DNA of 64,000 nt from Patescibacteria group bacterium (GTDB lineage Bacteria; Patescibacteriota; Patescibacteriia; JAHJFT01): positions 523,014-587,013 of the forward strand of contig JAQTTB010000001.1 in NCBI GenBank assembly GCA_028710985.1. Reading direction: 5' to 3'. This document shows positions 48,639 to 58,087 of the stretch, piece by piece. A program made the translations under genes and the position numbers. The notes below the pieces were generated by a model that worked only from the letters and a program-made list of their open reading frames with translations, was not told the origin of the DNA and searched no databases. The number at the start of each line of letters is the position of its first letter. The first letter of the stretch is position 1.

Positions 48639-49232
48639 ATGCTTGAACAACTCTTTGGTTCACATACCCGGGCGCGCCTGCTAAATTTGTTTTTGCGCAA
48701 TTCGGACAAGTCTTTTTTTGTCCGCGAAATTACCCGGAAAATCCAGTCCCAGATCAATTCGGTACGGCGCGAATTGCGCAATCTGGAGGATGTCGGTTTG
48801 CTTACCTCCACCGAGATGCAGGATGCCGAAGGTAGGGCGCTCCCCAAAACCGCCAAGCGATTTTACCGCGTGAATAAAGATTTTGTTCTGTATCAGGAAT
48901 TGCAGGCCTTGATTTTAAAATCCCAACTCCTGCTCCAGCGTGATCTGCAAAGAAAAATTGATGAACTTGGCACGATCAGTTATTTGGCGCTCACCGGTTC
49001 ATTCCTCGGGCGCGAGGATATGCCGATTGACGTGTTTATTGTCGGACGAATCAGCGGTGAAAAGCTCGCCCGCCTCATCAAAAAGTTTGAAAAATCTTTG
49101 GGCGAAGAAATCAATTATACCGCCATGACGCTCAAAGAATTTAATTATCGCCGTCAACTCACGGATAAATTTCTTTTCTCCATACTCGAGGGTCCCAAGA
49201 TTGTTCTCATTGATAAACTGGAAGTTAGCTAA
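48639..49232 (+). CDS. winged-helix DNA-binding protein with C-terminal nucleotidyltransferase-like domain (putative regulator)
   Basis: N-terminal wHTH (RARLLNLFLRNSDKSFFVREITRKI). Confidence 0.45.
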   Translation: MLEQLFGSHTRARLLNLFLRNSDKSFFVREITRKIQSQINSVRRELRNLEDVGLLTSTEMQDAEGRALPKTAKRFYRVNKDFVLYQELQALILKSQLLLQRDLQRKIDELGTISYLALTGSFLGREDMPIDVFIVGRISGEKLARLIKKFEKSLGEEINYTAMTLKEFNYRRQLTDKFLFSILEGPKIVLIDKLEVS

Positions 49233-49234
49233 AT

Positions 49235-49651
49235 ATGTTTCTTTTCATTGACATGACACCGGAAAAAGGGTTCGGGCTCGCGCTGGGGAAGCCCGAAGCG
49301 ACAGGACCTCTTTTTTTAATGCGCGAGGGCTTTGATGCACCGGCCGAGGACCTGCTCGGTATCATTGATAAATTTTTTAAAAAAAATAAAGTGCTTGTCG
49401 CGGAACTCGCCGGCATCGCGCTCGCTGGCGGCCGTTCGTTTACTCAAACGCGCACTGCTGCATCGGTTGCGAACACAATCGGATTTTTCATGGATATCCC
49501 GGTCGCGGTTATCACCGCACCGGACGTCACCGAGGGTGTGCGGGCGCTTCGCGGAAAATCGGGATTTGTCCCGGCCCGGCCGGTCTATTCGGCCAAACCG
49601 AATATTACCCGGCCAAAATCCCGCAAACTGAAAATAAAACATCGGCCATGA
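49235..49651 (+). CDS. TsaB/YeaZ-like protein (short)
   Basis: MFLFIDMTPE...GIALAGGRSFTQTRTAASVANTIGFFMDIPVAVITA parallels YeaZ blocks AIDT...GPGSFTGLRIG. Confidence 0.55.
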   Translation: MFLFIDMTPEKGFGLALGKPEATGPLFLMREGFDAPAEDLLGIIDKFFKKNKVLVAELAGIALAGGRSFTQTRTAASVANTIGFFMDIPVAVITAPDVTEGVRALRGKSGFVPARPVYSAKPNITRPKSRKLKIKHRP

Positions 49652-51126
49652 GCGAAAAAATCGAAAAAAAATTGCTGGAAATGTTTCCCGGCGCGCTCGT
49701 CTGGCTCACTTTGATCTTGGGCCTGATATTTTCCTTTACGCGTCCGCTTTGGGTTATATATTTCATTATTCTTTTTGATTTATTCTGGGTGCTTAGGCTT
49801 TTATATTTCATTTTTTATCTTCTTACCTCATGGAGGCGGTATCGCCGAGATATTAAAATTGACTGGGTCAGCCGGCTTGGTAATAAAGAATCCTGGGATA
49901 AATACTATCATTTTATTTTCTTGCCCACGTATGAAGAGCCGTTGGAGGTTTTGGAAAATACGTTTAGCGCCCTCTGCGAAGTAAATTATCCGCTTGATCG
50001 GTTTGTGGTTATTCTGGGCGGCGAGGCCCGCGAGCGCGAGAATTTTTTGGCGCGCGCGCGGATTATCCAGGAAAAATATGCCGCGAGATTCCACAAGATG
50101 ATTATTACAGTGCATGCGCTCGCGGACGATGAGGTGCCGGGCAAGGGATCGAATCTCAACTGCATGGGTCGCGAGGTTAAGAAGTTCATCGATGATAGCG
50201 GCCTGGCGTACGAGAATATCATCGTTTCGTCATTTGACGTTGATACCGTCACGCATCCGCAGTATTTTGCCTGCCTTACATATTTATATATGACCACGCC
50301 GGCTCCGACCCGTTCGTCATTTCAGCCGGTTGCGCTTTTTGGTAACAATATCTGGGAAGCGCGTTCAATCGTCCGCGTTTCGTCTTTCGGCACGACCTTC
50401 TGGCTCCTGGGCGAGCTTGCGCGGCCGGATCGGCTATGGACGTTCGCGTCGCACAGTATGAGTTTTAAAATGCTTGTGGATGTTGGTTTTTGGCAGAAGG
50501 ATATTGTCACCGAAGATTCGCGTATATTTCTGCAGGGACTCACCCAGTATCATGGCGATTATCGCGTGGTGCCGATTTTTTTGCCGGTTTCCATGGATGC
50601 GGTTTCCGGAGCTAGCTTCTGGGAGGCGCTTGCGAATCTTTATAAACAGCAGCGGCGTTGGGCATGGGGAGTTGAGCATCTGCCATATCTTTTTATGAAA
50701 TTCCGGCGCGACCGGCTCATGCCGCTTCGCACCAAGATTAAATTTCTCTGGAATCACATTGAGGGAATGTATACTTGGGCCGTGGCGCCAATTTTGATTT
50801 TTGTGCTTGGTTATTTGCCGCTCATTGTCGGCCGCGAGCAGGCCGCGACCAGCGCCCTGTTTCAGAACGCGCCGTACACCCTTGAGACCCTGATGCGCAT
50901 CGCTACGATCGGCGTTTTTGTTTCGGCGATTCTTAGCCTGGTCCTGCTTCCGCCACGACCCAAGTTTTATCCGCGCCACCGGTATTTAATCATGATTCTG
51001 CAGTGGGTTCTCCTTCCTATTACTATTACCCTGTTTGGTTCCCTACCAGCGATTGACGCGCAGACGCGACTCATGCTCGGCGGCCGCTTCCGCCTCGGAT
51101 TTAACGTTACTCAGAAAAAAAGATAA
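49648..51126 (+). CDS. processive family-2 glycosyltransferase (cellulose/chitin-synthase-like) with TM domains
   Basis: D,D,D35Q(R)RW architecture: SFDVDT, TEDSRIF, QQRRWAWG. N- and C-terminal TM helices. Confidence 0.8.
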   Translation: MSEKIEKKLLEMFPGALVWLTLILGLIFSFTRPLWVIYFIILFDLFWVLRLLYFIFYLLTSWRRYRRDIKIDWVSRLGNKESWDKYYHFIFLPTYEEPLEVLENTFSALCEVNYPLDRFVVILGGEARERENFLARARIIQEKYAARFHKMIITVHALADDEVPGKGSNLNCMGREVKKFIDDSGLAYENIIVSSFDVDTVTHPQYFACLTYLYMTTPAPTRSSFQPVALFGNNIWEARSIVRVSSFGTTFWLLGELARPDRLWTFASHSMSFKMLVDVGFWQKDIVTEDSRIFLQGLTQYHGDYRVVPIFLPVSMDAVSGASFWEALANLYKQQRRWAWGVEHLPYLFMKFRRDRLMPLRTKIKFLWNHIEGMYTWAVAPILIFVLGYLPLIVGREQAATSALFQNAPYTLETLMRIATIGVFVSAILSLVLLPPRPKFYPRHRYLIMILQWVLLPITITLFGSLPAIDAQTRLMLGGRFRLGFNVTQKKR

Positions 51127-52225
51127 TATGGCTCGAATATCCATAAATATTGTCACCTGGAACGGCATGCGCTATCTTCCCGAGGCGCTTGAGTCGATTT
51201 CTAATCAGACATTCCAGGATATTGAAATAGTGATAATTGATAATGGTTCAACCGACGGCACGGTTGAATATATCCGCGATAATTTTACCGGAATTACGCT
51301 TCTACGGAATATGCGCAACCTCGGTTTCGCGCATGGCCACAATCAGGGAATCCGCTTGGTGCTGAACCGATGGCAGAATCAGGATTTGGAAAATAGTTTC
51401 ATTCTCGTTACTAATCAAGATATTATTTTGCGTAAGGATTTTTTGGAAAAAATGATTTCCGTCGCCGAGACGGCGCCGCGCGCGGCGAGTTTTGGCGGAA
51501 AGTTGTTTAAGGCGTTTTTTGCTACAGCTGAAGATAATATCGAAGACAGCATCAAGTCGGATACGCTCGATTCCACTGGCCTCCGGTGCTTTAGATCGCA
51601 CCGTTTCGTGGACAGGGGGGCTGGTGAGCGCGATCAGGGGCAGTATGATGCCGAGAGGGAGGTTTTCGGTGTATCCGGGGCGATTATGATGCTGCGCGCT
51701 TCGGCACTCGCGAGTGTGAGATATAAAGATGAGTTTTTTGATGAAAATTATTTTGCGTATAAAGAGGATGTCGATCTTGCCTGGCGTTTGCGCTTGGCGG
51801 GATGGGGGAGCCTGTATGTTCCCGAAGCGATCGCTCATCATTACCGCGGCGCCTACTCGGCCGAACGCGCCGGATGGATGGAGACCTGGCGCAGCCGTAA
51901 GAGCCGCTCGATGATTGTCAAATTAAATTCGTACGTCAATCATTACCTGACGATTATAAAAAACGCGCATATCCGCAATATCATCCTGCGCCTCCCGTGG
52001 ATTATTGCCTACGAGCTTAAAAAAAATATTTATTTATTTTTTCTTGAGCCTCGGGTTTTCTGGAAAGGGCTTTTTAAACTTTCCGTGAAGCTTCCGGACG
52101 CGCTCCGTAAGAGAAAATTCATCCTTTCCCGCGCCATGCCTACCGGCCCGCTTCGCCATAGCTTCAGCGAGGCGAGCAGGCAGGCCGCGGCGCGCCCGGC
52201 GGAGATAAGAAAATGGTTCAAGTAA
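51127..52225 (+). CDS. family-2 glycosyltransferase
   Basis: Start set at MARISINIVTWNG. GT-A DxD region. The C-terminal tail carries the 49-bp repeat element. Confidence 0.8.
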
Positions 52226-52229
52226 AAAT

Positions 52230-53021
52230 ATGGACGTCAGTATAATCATCCTAAATTACAAAAGTTCCGGTTTGGCGCGCCAGTGCATTAAAAGCATTGT
52301 TGCAGCTGCGCCGAAACTTGAGTATGAAATTATTGTCGTTGATAACAATTCTCACGACGGCATTGGGAGAATGCTTCGCGAGCAGTTCCCGCAAGTAAAA
52401 TTTATTCAGTCCAGCCGCAACGCCGGCTTTGCCGCGGGCAATAACATCGGCCTGCGCGTCGCCACCGGACGCTATGCCATGATCGTGAATCCGGACATTA
52501 TTGTGAATCCCGGAACCCTGGAGGAAATGGTAAAAGAAATGGATGCCCATCCCGAAATCGGCTTGCTCGCGCCGCAGCTCCTAAATCCCGACAAAACAAT
52601 TCAGTATTCATGCTATCGTCTTCCGACATTCGGCATACCGTTTTATCGCCGCACGCCGCTCGGTCTCACACCTCGCGGTAAGCGCATGATCCGCTCGTAT
52701 CTTATGGCCGAATGGGACCATGCCGCTCCGCGCGAGATTGATTGGTGCGTCGCCGCCTGCATCATGGTTCGGCGAAGCGCCGTTGAGTGCGTTGGTTATT
52801 TTGACGAAAGATATTTTATGTATTTTGAAGACGCCGACTGGTGCCGTCGGTTTCATCAAGCCGGATTCAGGGTAGTATATTTTCCACGTGCAAAAATGTT
52901 TCATTATCACATCCGTCAGTCCGCTGATGTGCCGTGGTTCATGGGATTATTTCAAAAAATAAGCCGCATCCATATGGCAAGCGCGTTAAAATATTTCTGG
53001 AAGTGGAAGGGCAAGGAATAA
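52230..53021 (+). CDS. family-2 glycosyltransferase
   Basis: MDVSIIILNYKSS...VVDNNSHDG GT-A N-terminus. Confidence 0.85.
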   Translation: MDVSIIILNYKSSGLARQCIKSIVAAAPKLEYEIIVVDNNSHDGIGRMLREQFPQVKFIQSSRNAGFAAGNNIGLRVATGRYAMIVNPDIIVNPGTLEEMVKEMDAHPEIGLLAPQLLNPDKTIQYSCYRLPTFGIPFYRRTPLGLTPRGKRMIRSYLMAEWDHAAPREIDWCVAACIMVRRSAVECVGYFDERYFMYFEDADWCRRFHQAGFRVVYFPRAKMFHYHIRQSADVPWFMGLFQKISRIHMASALKYFWKWKGKE

Positions 53022-53038
53022 ATATTTAAAATAAAAAA

Positions 53039-55078
53039 ATGTACGAGTATCCAACAAATTTTGTCGCGCAGGCTCCGAGTGAAGTTCGTAATGTCCGGGT
53101 CGGCCGGCCGAAGTGGCCGTATATCGGAGCGGTGCTTTTGATTATTATCGTTGTATTGGTAATCGCCGCCGTGCCCTACGCCCTGCTTGCCAACAATATT
53201 TACAACGAGGCTCTTGCCGGAAAGGCAAATTTAGAAGAAGCGCAGAATTACGCCGTGGCGCTTAAATTTGACGGCGCCCGCGAGCAGATCGACGACGCGG
53301 TTGGGCACTTTATATCGGCGCGCCGGAGCTTTATTCCGTTCAAAATTTTTATTTGGATGCCGTGGATCGGAAGGCAGATTAAAGCCGTGGACAGTCTTTT
53401 GGAAACCGGAGTTGAAACATCCGAAGCGGTCGGCGACCTTCTCGAGGTCGGTGAAGAAATTTATAAAGTTTTTGAATTGTCCGAAGAAATCAAGGCGGAC
53501 ATTAAGCCCGAAATATCCGGCGGCGTCCGGTTCATTGATCTTGACCGCGAAACAAAAAGAGAAATTTTGAAAAAATTATACGAGTCGGGTCCGCGCATCC
53601 AGGAAGCGCTCGTCCGCATCGACCTCGCCATATCGAGCTTCAGCCGTATTCCGCAGGACGATTTGGCCAAGCCGCTCCGCGACGCCATCGCGCCGTTTGC
53701 CGACAAGCTTCCGGAATTCAAGAAACAGCTGACGCTCGCCGTGCCGCTCGTAAAGATTCTGCCCGAACTCGCCGGTTATCCCGAACCGAAAAATTATCTT
53801 ATACTATTATCCAACAACGCCGAGCTCCGGCCGGCTGGCGGATTTCTTGGCACTTATGGAATATTTAAGGTCGCGGACGGTGAAATTCTGGACCTCTCGA
53901 CCCACGATGTGTACGCGCTTGACCGCCAGGCCGAATCTTTTTTGCGCGTGGATCCGCCGCCGCCGCTCGTGAAATATCTCAAGGTGAACAACTGGTATAT
54001 GCGCGACGCCAACTGGTCGCCGGATTTTGCTGCGTCGGCGCAGAAGGTTCTTTGGTTTTATTCCGAAGAGGCGCGCGGGGTTGCCACCCGCCGCGGTTCG
54101 CCGCTCCCCGAAGCGCCGCTTATAAATTTTAACGGCGTGATTTCCGTGAACCCGACCGTAGTTGCGGACATTCTTTCTATCATCGGCCCGATTACGATTG
54201 AAAATCAAACATTTAATTCTGAGAATTTTATTGATTCGCTCGAGTATCAGGTTGAAGTTGCTTTTCTTTCCGACGGCACCCCGCGCAGTCAGCGAAAAGA
54301 AATTATTAGCCTGCTTTCGGCGGAGATAATTGATAAATTATTTTCACTCCCGGCTGTGAAATGGATAGATGTTCTACGCGAGGCAGAACGTGGGCTGGAA
54401 GAGCGGGAAATTATTGTTTATGAAAACGACCCCGATATTCAGGAATCGCTTGAATTCCAAAATTGGGCCGGACGCGTCCGGTCGACTGACGGAGATTTCC
54501 TGAAAGTCGTTGACGCCAATCTCGCGAGTCTTAAAACCGATCCGTACGTTGAGCGTCAAATCAAATACGAATCTTGGTTTGAGGAGGACGGCGCTCTCAT
54601 GGCCCGGGTGAATATTCATTATAAAAACACAGCCGGCTTCAGCTGGAAGACGACGCGTTATCGCACTTATACCCGCGTCTACGCGCCCGAGGGAAGTGAG
54701 TTGGTTTCCGTTACCGGCAGTCTCAGGGATGATAAACTCGCCAATCCCGGTCTTGAGCCCGGCACGCCGGACGAATATAACGAGCTCGGCAAAACGGTTT
54801 TTGGCGCCTTCACCGCCATTGAGCCCGGAGCCCAGGGCGATCTTGTCTTCACCTACAAACTGCCCGAGTCGGTCAGCGCAATGATAAAGAACGGAGATTA
54901 TAATCTTTACGTTGAAAAACAGGCCGGAGCGGTGGCTTATGGCTTGACTTTGTCCCTGAATTTTGATAAAAACTTAAAGCAAGCCGAACCGGCAGAGCTT
55001 GAATCGCACTGGGGAGACCGGAGTTATAATCTTGAGACCGACCTTAGGGTCGATCGCACCGTCAATATAAAATTCTAA
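53039..55078 (+). CDS. DUF4012-domain membrane-anchored protein (polysaccharide-locus associated)
   Basis: TM anchor, then LLSNNAELRPAGGFLGTYGIFKV, the hallmark DUF4012 block (from memory). Confidence 0.65.
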   Translation: MYEYPTNFVAQAPSEVRNVRVGRPKWPYIGAVLLIIIVVLVIAAVPYALLANNIYNEALAGKANLEEAQNYAVALKFDGAREQIDDAVGHFISARRSFIPFKIFIWMPWIGRQIKAVDSLLETGVETSEAVGDLLEVGEEIYKVFELSEEIKADIKPEISGGVRFIDLDRETKREILKKLYESGPRIQEALVRIDLAISSFSRIPQDDLAKPLRDAIAPFADKLPEFKKQLTLAVPLVKILPELAGYPEPKNYLILLSNNAELRPAGGFLGTYGIFKVADGEILDLSTHDVYALDRQAESFLRVDPPPPLVKYLKVNNWYMRDANWSPDFAASAQKVLWFYSEEARGVATRRGSPLPEAPLINFNGVISVNPTVVADILSIIGPITIENQTFNSENFIDSLEYQVEVAFLSDGTPRSQRKEIISLLSAEIIDKLFSLPAVKWIDVLREAERGLEEREIIVYENDPDIQESLEFQNWAGRVRSTDGDFLKVVDANLASLKTDPYVERQIKYESWFEEDGALMARVNIHYKNTAGFSWKTTRYRTYTRVYAPEGSELVSVTGSLRDDKLANPGLEPGTPDEYNELGKTVFGAFTAIEPGAQGDLVFTYKLPESVSAMIKNGDYNLYVEKQAGAVAYGLTLSLNFDKNLKQAEPAELESHWGDRSYNLETDLRVDRTVNIKF

Positions 55079-55081
55079 ATT

Positions 55082-56086
55082 ATGTGGGTTAAAAAAATCG
55101 GCATTGATCTCGGAACAGCAACCGTGCTTGTCTACGTTCCAAAACGCGGCATCATTTTGAATGAGCCGTCGGTTGTTGCGATTTCCACGATTGATAAAAA
55201 AGTTCTGGCCGTGGGTCGCGAAGCGAAAGACATGCTCGGCCGCACGCCGGATTCAATCATTGCGCGCCGTCCCTTGAAAGACGGCGTAATTGCCGATTAT
55301 CGCACTACCGAAGCGATGCTTAAATATTTCATTAACAAGGCGCTGGGTGGCATGCGTCTTTTTCGTCCCGAGGTTATGGTCGCGGTTCCGGGCGGCATTA
55401 CCTCAACCGAGCGCCGCGCCGTGATTGACGCGGCCATCGCCGCCGGCGCCAAAGCGGCCTACATCATCAAAGAACCGATTGTCGCGGCCATCGGCGCCGA
55501 TATTCCGATTGGCAGCGCGTCCGGCCACATGGTTGTTGACATCGGCGGCGGCACCGCCGAGATTGCCGTAATCTCTTTGGGCGGAATCGTGGCTTCTGAA
55601 TCGGTGCGCATCGGCGGCACGAAGTTCGATCTCGCCATCATGGAGCACGTACGCCGCAAATACGGTCTCGCCATCGGCGAGCGCACGGCCGAAGAAGTAA
55701 AAATCAATATTGGCTCGGCCATGTATATGGAAAATAAATTGACCATGGAAGTAAAAGGCCGCGACATGATGACCGGATTGCCGCGCATCATCACCATCAC
55801 TTCGGACGATATTACCGATGCGATTCAAAATGAACTTGACGGTATCATTGACGCCATCAAAGACGTTTTGCAAAAAACCCCGCCCGAACTTTCGGCCGAT
55901 GTCATGGACAAGGGCATGATTTTGACCGGCGGTTCAGCCCTGCTTCGCAATCTTGGCCAACTTTTCCGCGAAGCAACCGGCGTGTCCGCCTACGTAGCGG
56001 ATGAGCCCCAGCTCTGCGTGGCAAAGGGCACCGGCATCGCGCTTGAAAATCTTGAATCCTACAAGCGTTCTATTTTTTCCGGATAA
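55082..56086 (+). CDS. mreB: rod-shape-determining actin homologue MreB
   Basis: IGIDLGTATVLVY phosphate-1 and DIGGGTAEIAV phosphate-2 motifs. Confidence 0.95.
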   Translation: MWVKKIGIDLGTATVLVYVPKRGIILNEPSVVAISTIDKKVLAVGREAKDMLGRTPDSIIARRPLKDGVIADYRTTEAMLKYFINKALGGMRLFRPEVMVAVPGGITSTERRAVIDAAIAAGAKAAYIIKEPIVAAIGADIPIGSASGHMVVDIGGGTAEIAVISLGGIVASESVRIGGTKFDLAIMEHVRRKYGLAIGERTAEEVKINIGSAMYMENKLTMEVKGRDMMTGLPRIITITSDDITDAIQNELDGIIDAIKDVLQKTPPELSADVMDKGMILTGGSALLRNLGQLFREATGVSAYVADEPQLCVAKGTGIALENLESYKRSIFSG

Positions 56087-56095
56087 AAATTTATT

Positions 56096-57223
56096 ATGAT
56101 CATTGGGATTGAGGCGGCTCGTCCGAACCGGCCGCAAAAAACCGGCACCGAATGGTACGGTTACCACGTGATTCAGGAAATTAAAAAAATCGCCGATCCT
56201 TCGGATCGGTTTATTTTATATACAAATGATCCTCTCCGTTCCGGCCTTGAGATAATGCCCAATGCGAACTGGCGCGAGAAGCGGCTCGGCTGGCCGATTC
56301 CGAAGTTTTGGACCCAGGGCCGCCTGTCGCTCGAGATGCTCGTAAATTCGCCGGATGCGGTTTTTATACCCGCGCATGCCATGCCAATTATTCATGTCAA
56401 GAATACGGTGGTCACTCTGCATGACGTTGGTTTTGAAAGATTTCCCGAGCTTTATTCCCGCGCCGATCTCTGGTACCACCGTTGGTCCGCGAAATTCATC
56501 ATCCGCCATGCCGCGAAAATTATCACGGTTTCAAATTTTTCAAAAAACGAACTCGTTGAGCTTTATGGCGCTCCGGCGGAAAAAATCTTTGTTACGCATC
56601 TGGGCTACGATGCCGAACGCTATCGGGTTATTGAGCCGGCCGAGGTGGAAAAAGTTTTACTGAAGCATAGAATCAAAACGCCGTATATTTTTTATATCGG
56701 CCGCCTGGAGCGCAAAAAAAATATTCCGCTGCTTATTGAAGCCTTCGGACGCTTTAAGCAAAAGAATCAAAACGACTCGCACTCGCTCGTTCTGGTCGGT
56801 CGGCCGGGATTTGATTATGAAAAAATTCAGGAAAATATAAAAAAATTCAATCTTGAACAATGGGTAATCCAAACCGGCTGGGTGGGGGAGGATAGTATCC
56901 CGTATTTTTACAACGGCGCGGCGGCGTTTGTTTTTCCGAGCCGTTACGAAGGCTTCGGCATCCCGCTCATTGAAGCAATGGCCTGCGGCACGCCGATTCT
57001 CGCGTCGCGCGCCGGGTCCATTCCCGAAGTTGCGGCCGATGCGGCGTTGTATTTTGAAACCGAGAGTGCGGATTCGCTCATCGCGGGCATGGAAAATATT
57101 CTGAACAATCAGGAGTTGCGCGGCTGTCTCCGCGCCGCCGGCTTGGCCCGCTGCCAAAATTTTTCCTGGGCTCGTACCGCCCGTCAGACTTTGGAAATTT
57201 TGAAATCAAATTCTAGATTCTAG
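56096..57223 (+). CDS. GT4 (GT-B) glycosyltransferase
   Basis: FVFPSRYEGFGIPLIEAMACGTPI EX7E region. Confidence 0.85.
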   Translation: MIIGIEAARPNRPQKTGTEWYGYHVIQEIKKIADPSDRFILYTNDPLRSGLEIMPNANWREKRLGWPIPKFWTQGRLSLEMLVNSPDAVFIPAHAMPIIHVKNTVVTLHDVGFERFPELYSRADLWYHRWSAKFIIRHAAKIITVSNFSKNELVELYGAPAEKIFVTHLGYDAERYRVIEPAEVEKVLLKHRIKTPYIFYIGRLERKKNIPLLIEAFGRFKQKNQNDSHSLVLVGRPGFDYEKIQENIKKFNLEQWVIQTGWVGEDSIPYFYNGAAAFVFPSRYEGFGIPLIEAMACGTPILASRAGSIPEVAADAALYFETESADSLIAGMENILNNQELRGCLRAAGLARCQNFSWARTARQTLEILKSNSRF

Positions 57224-57270
57224 CTTCTAGATTCTAGATTCTCCGCCGCCTCCCCGCAAGGGGATTTTTT
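57222..57270 (+). terminator. TTCTAGA tandem repeats then hairpin terminator
   Basis: TTCTAGATTCTAGCTTCTAGATTCTAGATTCTC overlapping the GT4 stop, then CCCCGCAAGGGG plus T6. Confidence 0.5.
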
Positions 57271-57297
57271 GTGTTATAATGTTGACATAATTTCAAT

Positions 57298-58065
57298 ATG
57301 ATTGAACAGGAGTTGCAAAAATTTGGCTTAAGCCAAAAAGAAATTAAGGTCTACCTTTCTTCGCTCCAGAGCGGTCCGCGCTCGGCGCAGGAGATTTCGC
57401 GCGTTGCCGGCGTCAACCGTGTCACGTGCTATGTCATCCTTGAATCCCTAAAGGGATACGGCTTGGTTACCCAGGTGGACGGGGAACGGGGCCGGCTTTT
57501 TGCCGCGGAAAATCCGGCGAATATCATAAGATTTTTGGAATCCCGCGAAAGAGAAATCCAGGATGTGAAGGCCAGGGTGCACCGCGCTATGCCTGAACTC
57601 ATGGCGATATTCAACGGCTTAGGCGATAAGCCGCTCATCCGTTTCCTTGACGGCATTGAAGGCATTGAGGTTATCCAGCGGGAGGTTTTTGAAAAAGATG
57701 TCAAAAACATTGACAGCATCGCCTGCCTGGATGCGGCGTTTGAACATATTGATCCCTACGAGTTCACCGAATATCGTGAGAACATGATCGCCAAGAAAAT
57801 TACCGGACGGACAATCTACACTTCAAAAAAATATACAACCGAATATCTGCCCGACGGATATGAAAAATGCCAGGAATTGCGCCGCCTGCCGTTTGAAAAA
57901 TTTAATTTTCCCGCCGAAATCTGGATTGCGGATAATTTCGCCGCCATTTTCAGCTTTCAGGGCAAGCCGGCGGTTATCGCGATTGAGCATCCTGCCATTA
58001 TTGCCGCAATGAAAACCTGGTTTGAGCTCGCGTGGGAAGCGGCCGCGCACCACGCCCAGCAATAA
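57298..58065 (+). CDS. TrmB-family transcriptional regulator
   Basis: N-terminal wHTH (LSQKEIKVYLSSLQSGPRSAQEISRVAGVNRVTCYVIL) plus TrmB-like C-domain. Confidence 0.65.
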   Translation: MIEQELQKFGLSQKEIKVYLSSLQSGPRSAQEISRVAGVNRVTCYVILESLKGYGLVTQVDGERGRLFAAENPANIIRFLESREREIQDVKARVHRAMPELMAIFNGLGDKPLIRFLDGIEGIEVIQREVFEKDVKNIDSIACLDAAFEHIDPYEFTEYRENMIAKKITGRTIYTSKKYTTEYLPDGYEKCQELRRLPFEKFNFPAEIWIADNFAAIFSFQGKPAVIAIEHPAIIAAMKTWFELAWEAAAHHAQQ

Positions 58066-58087
58066 ATTAAAGAAAACATTTTTAAAT

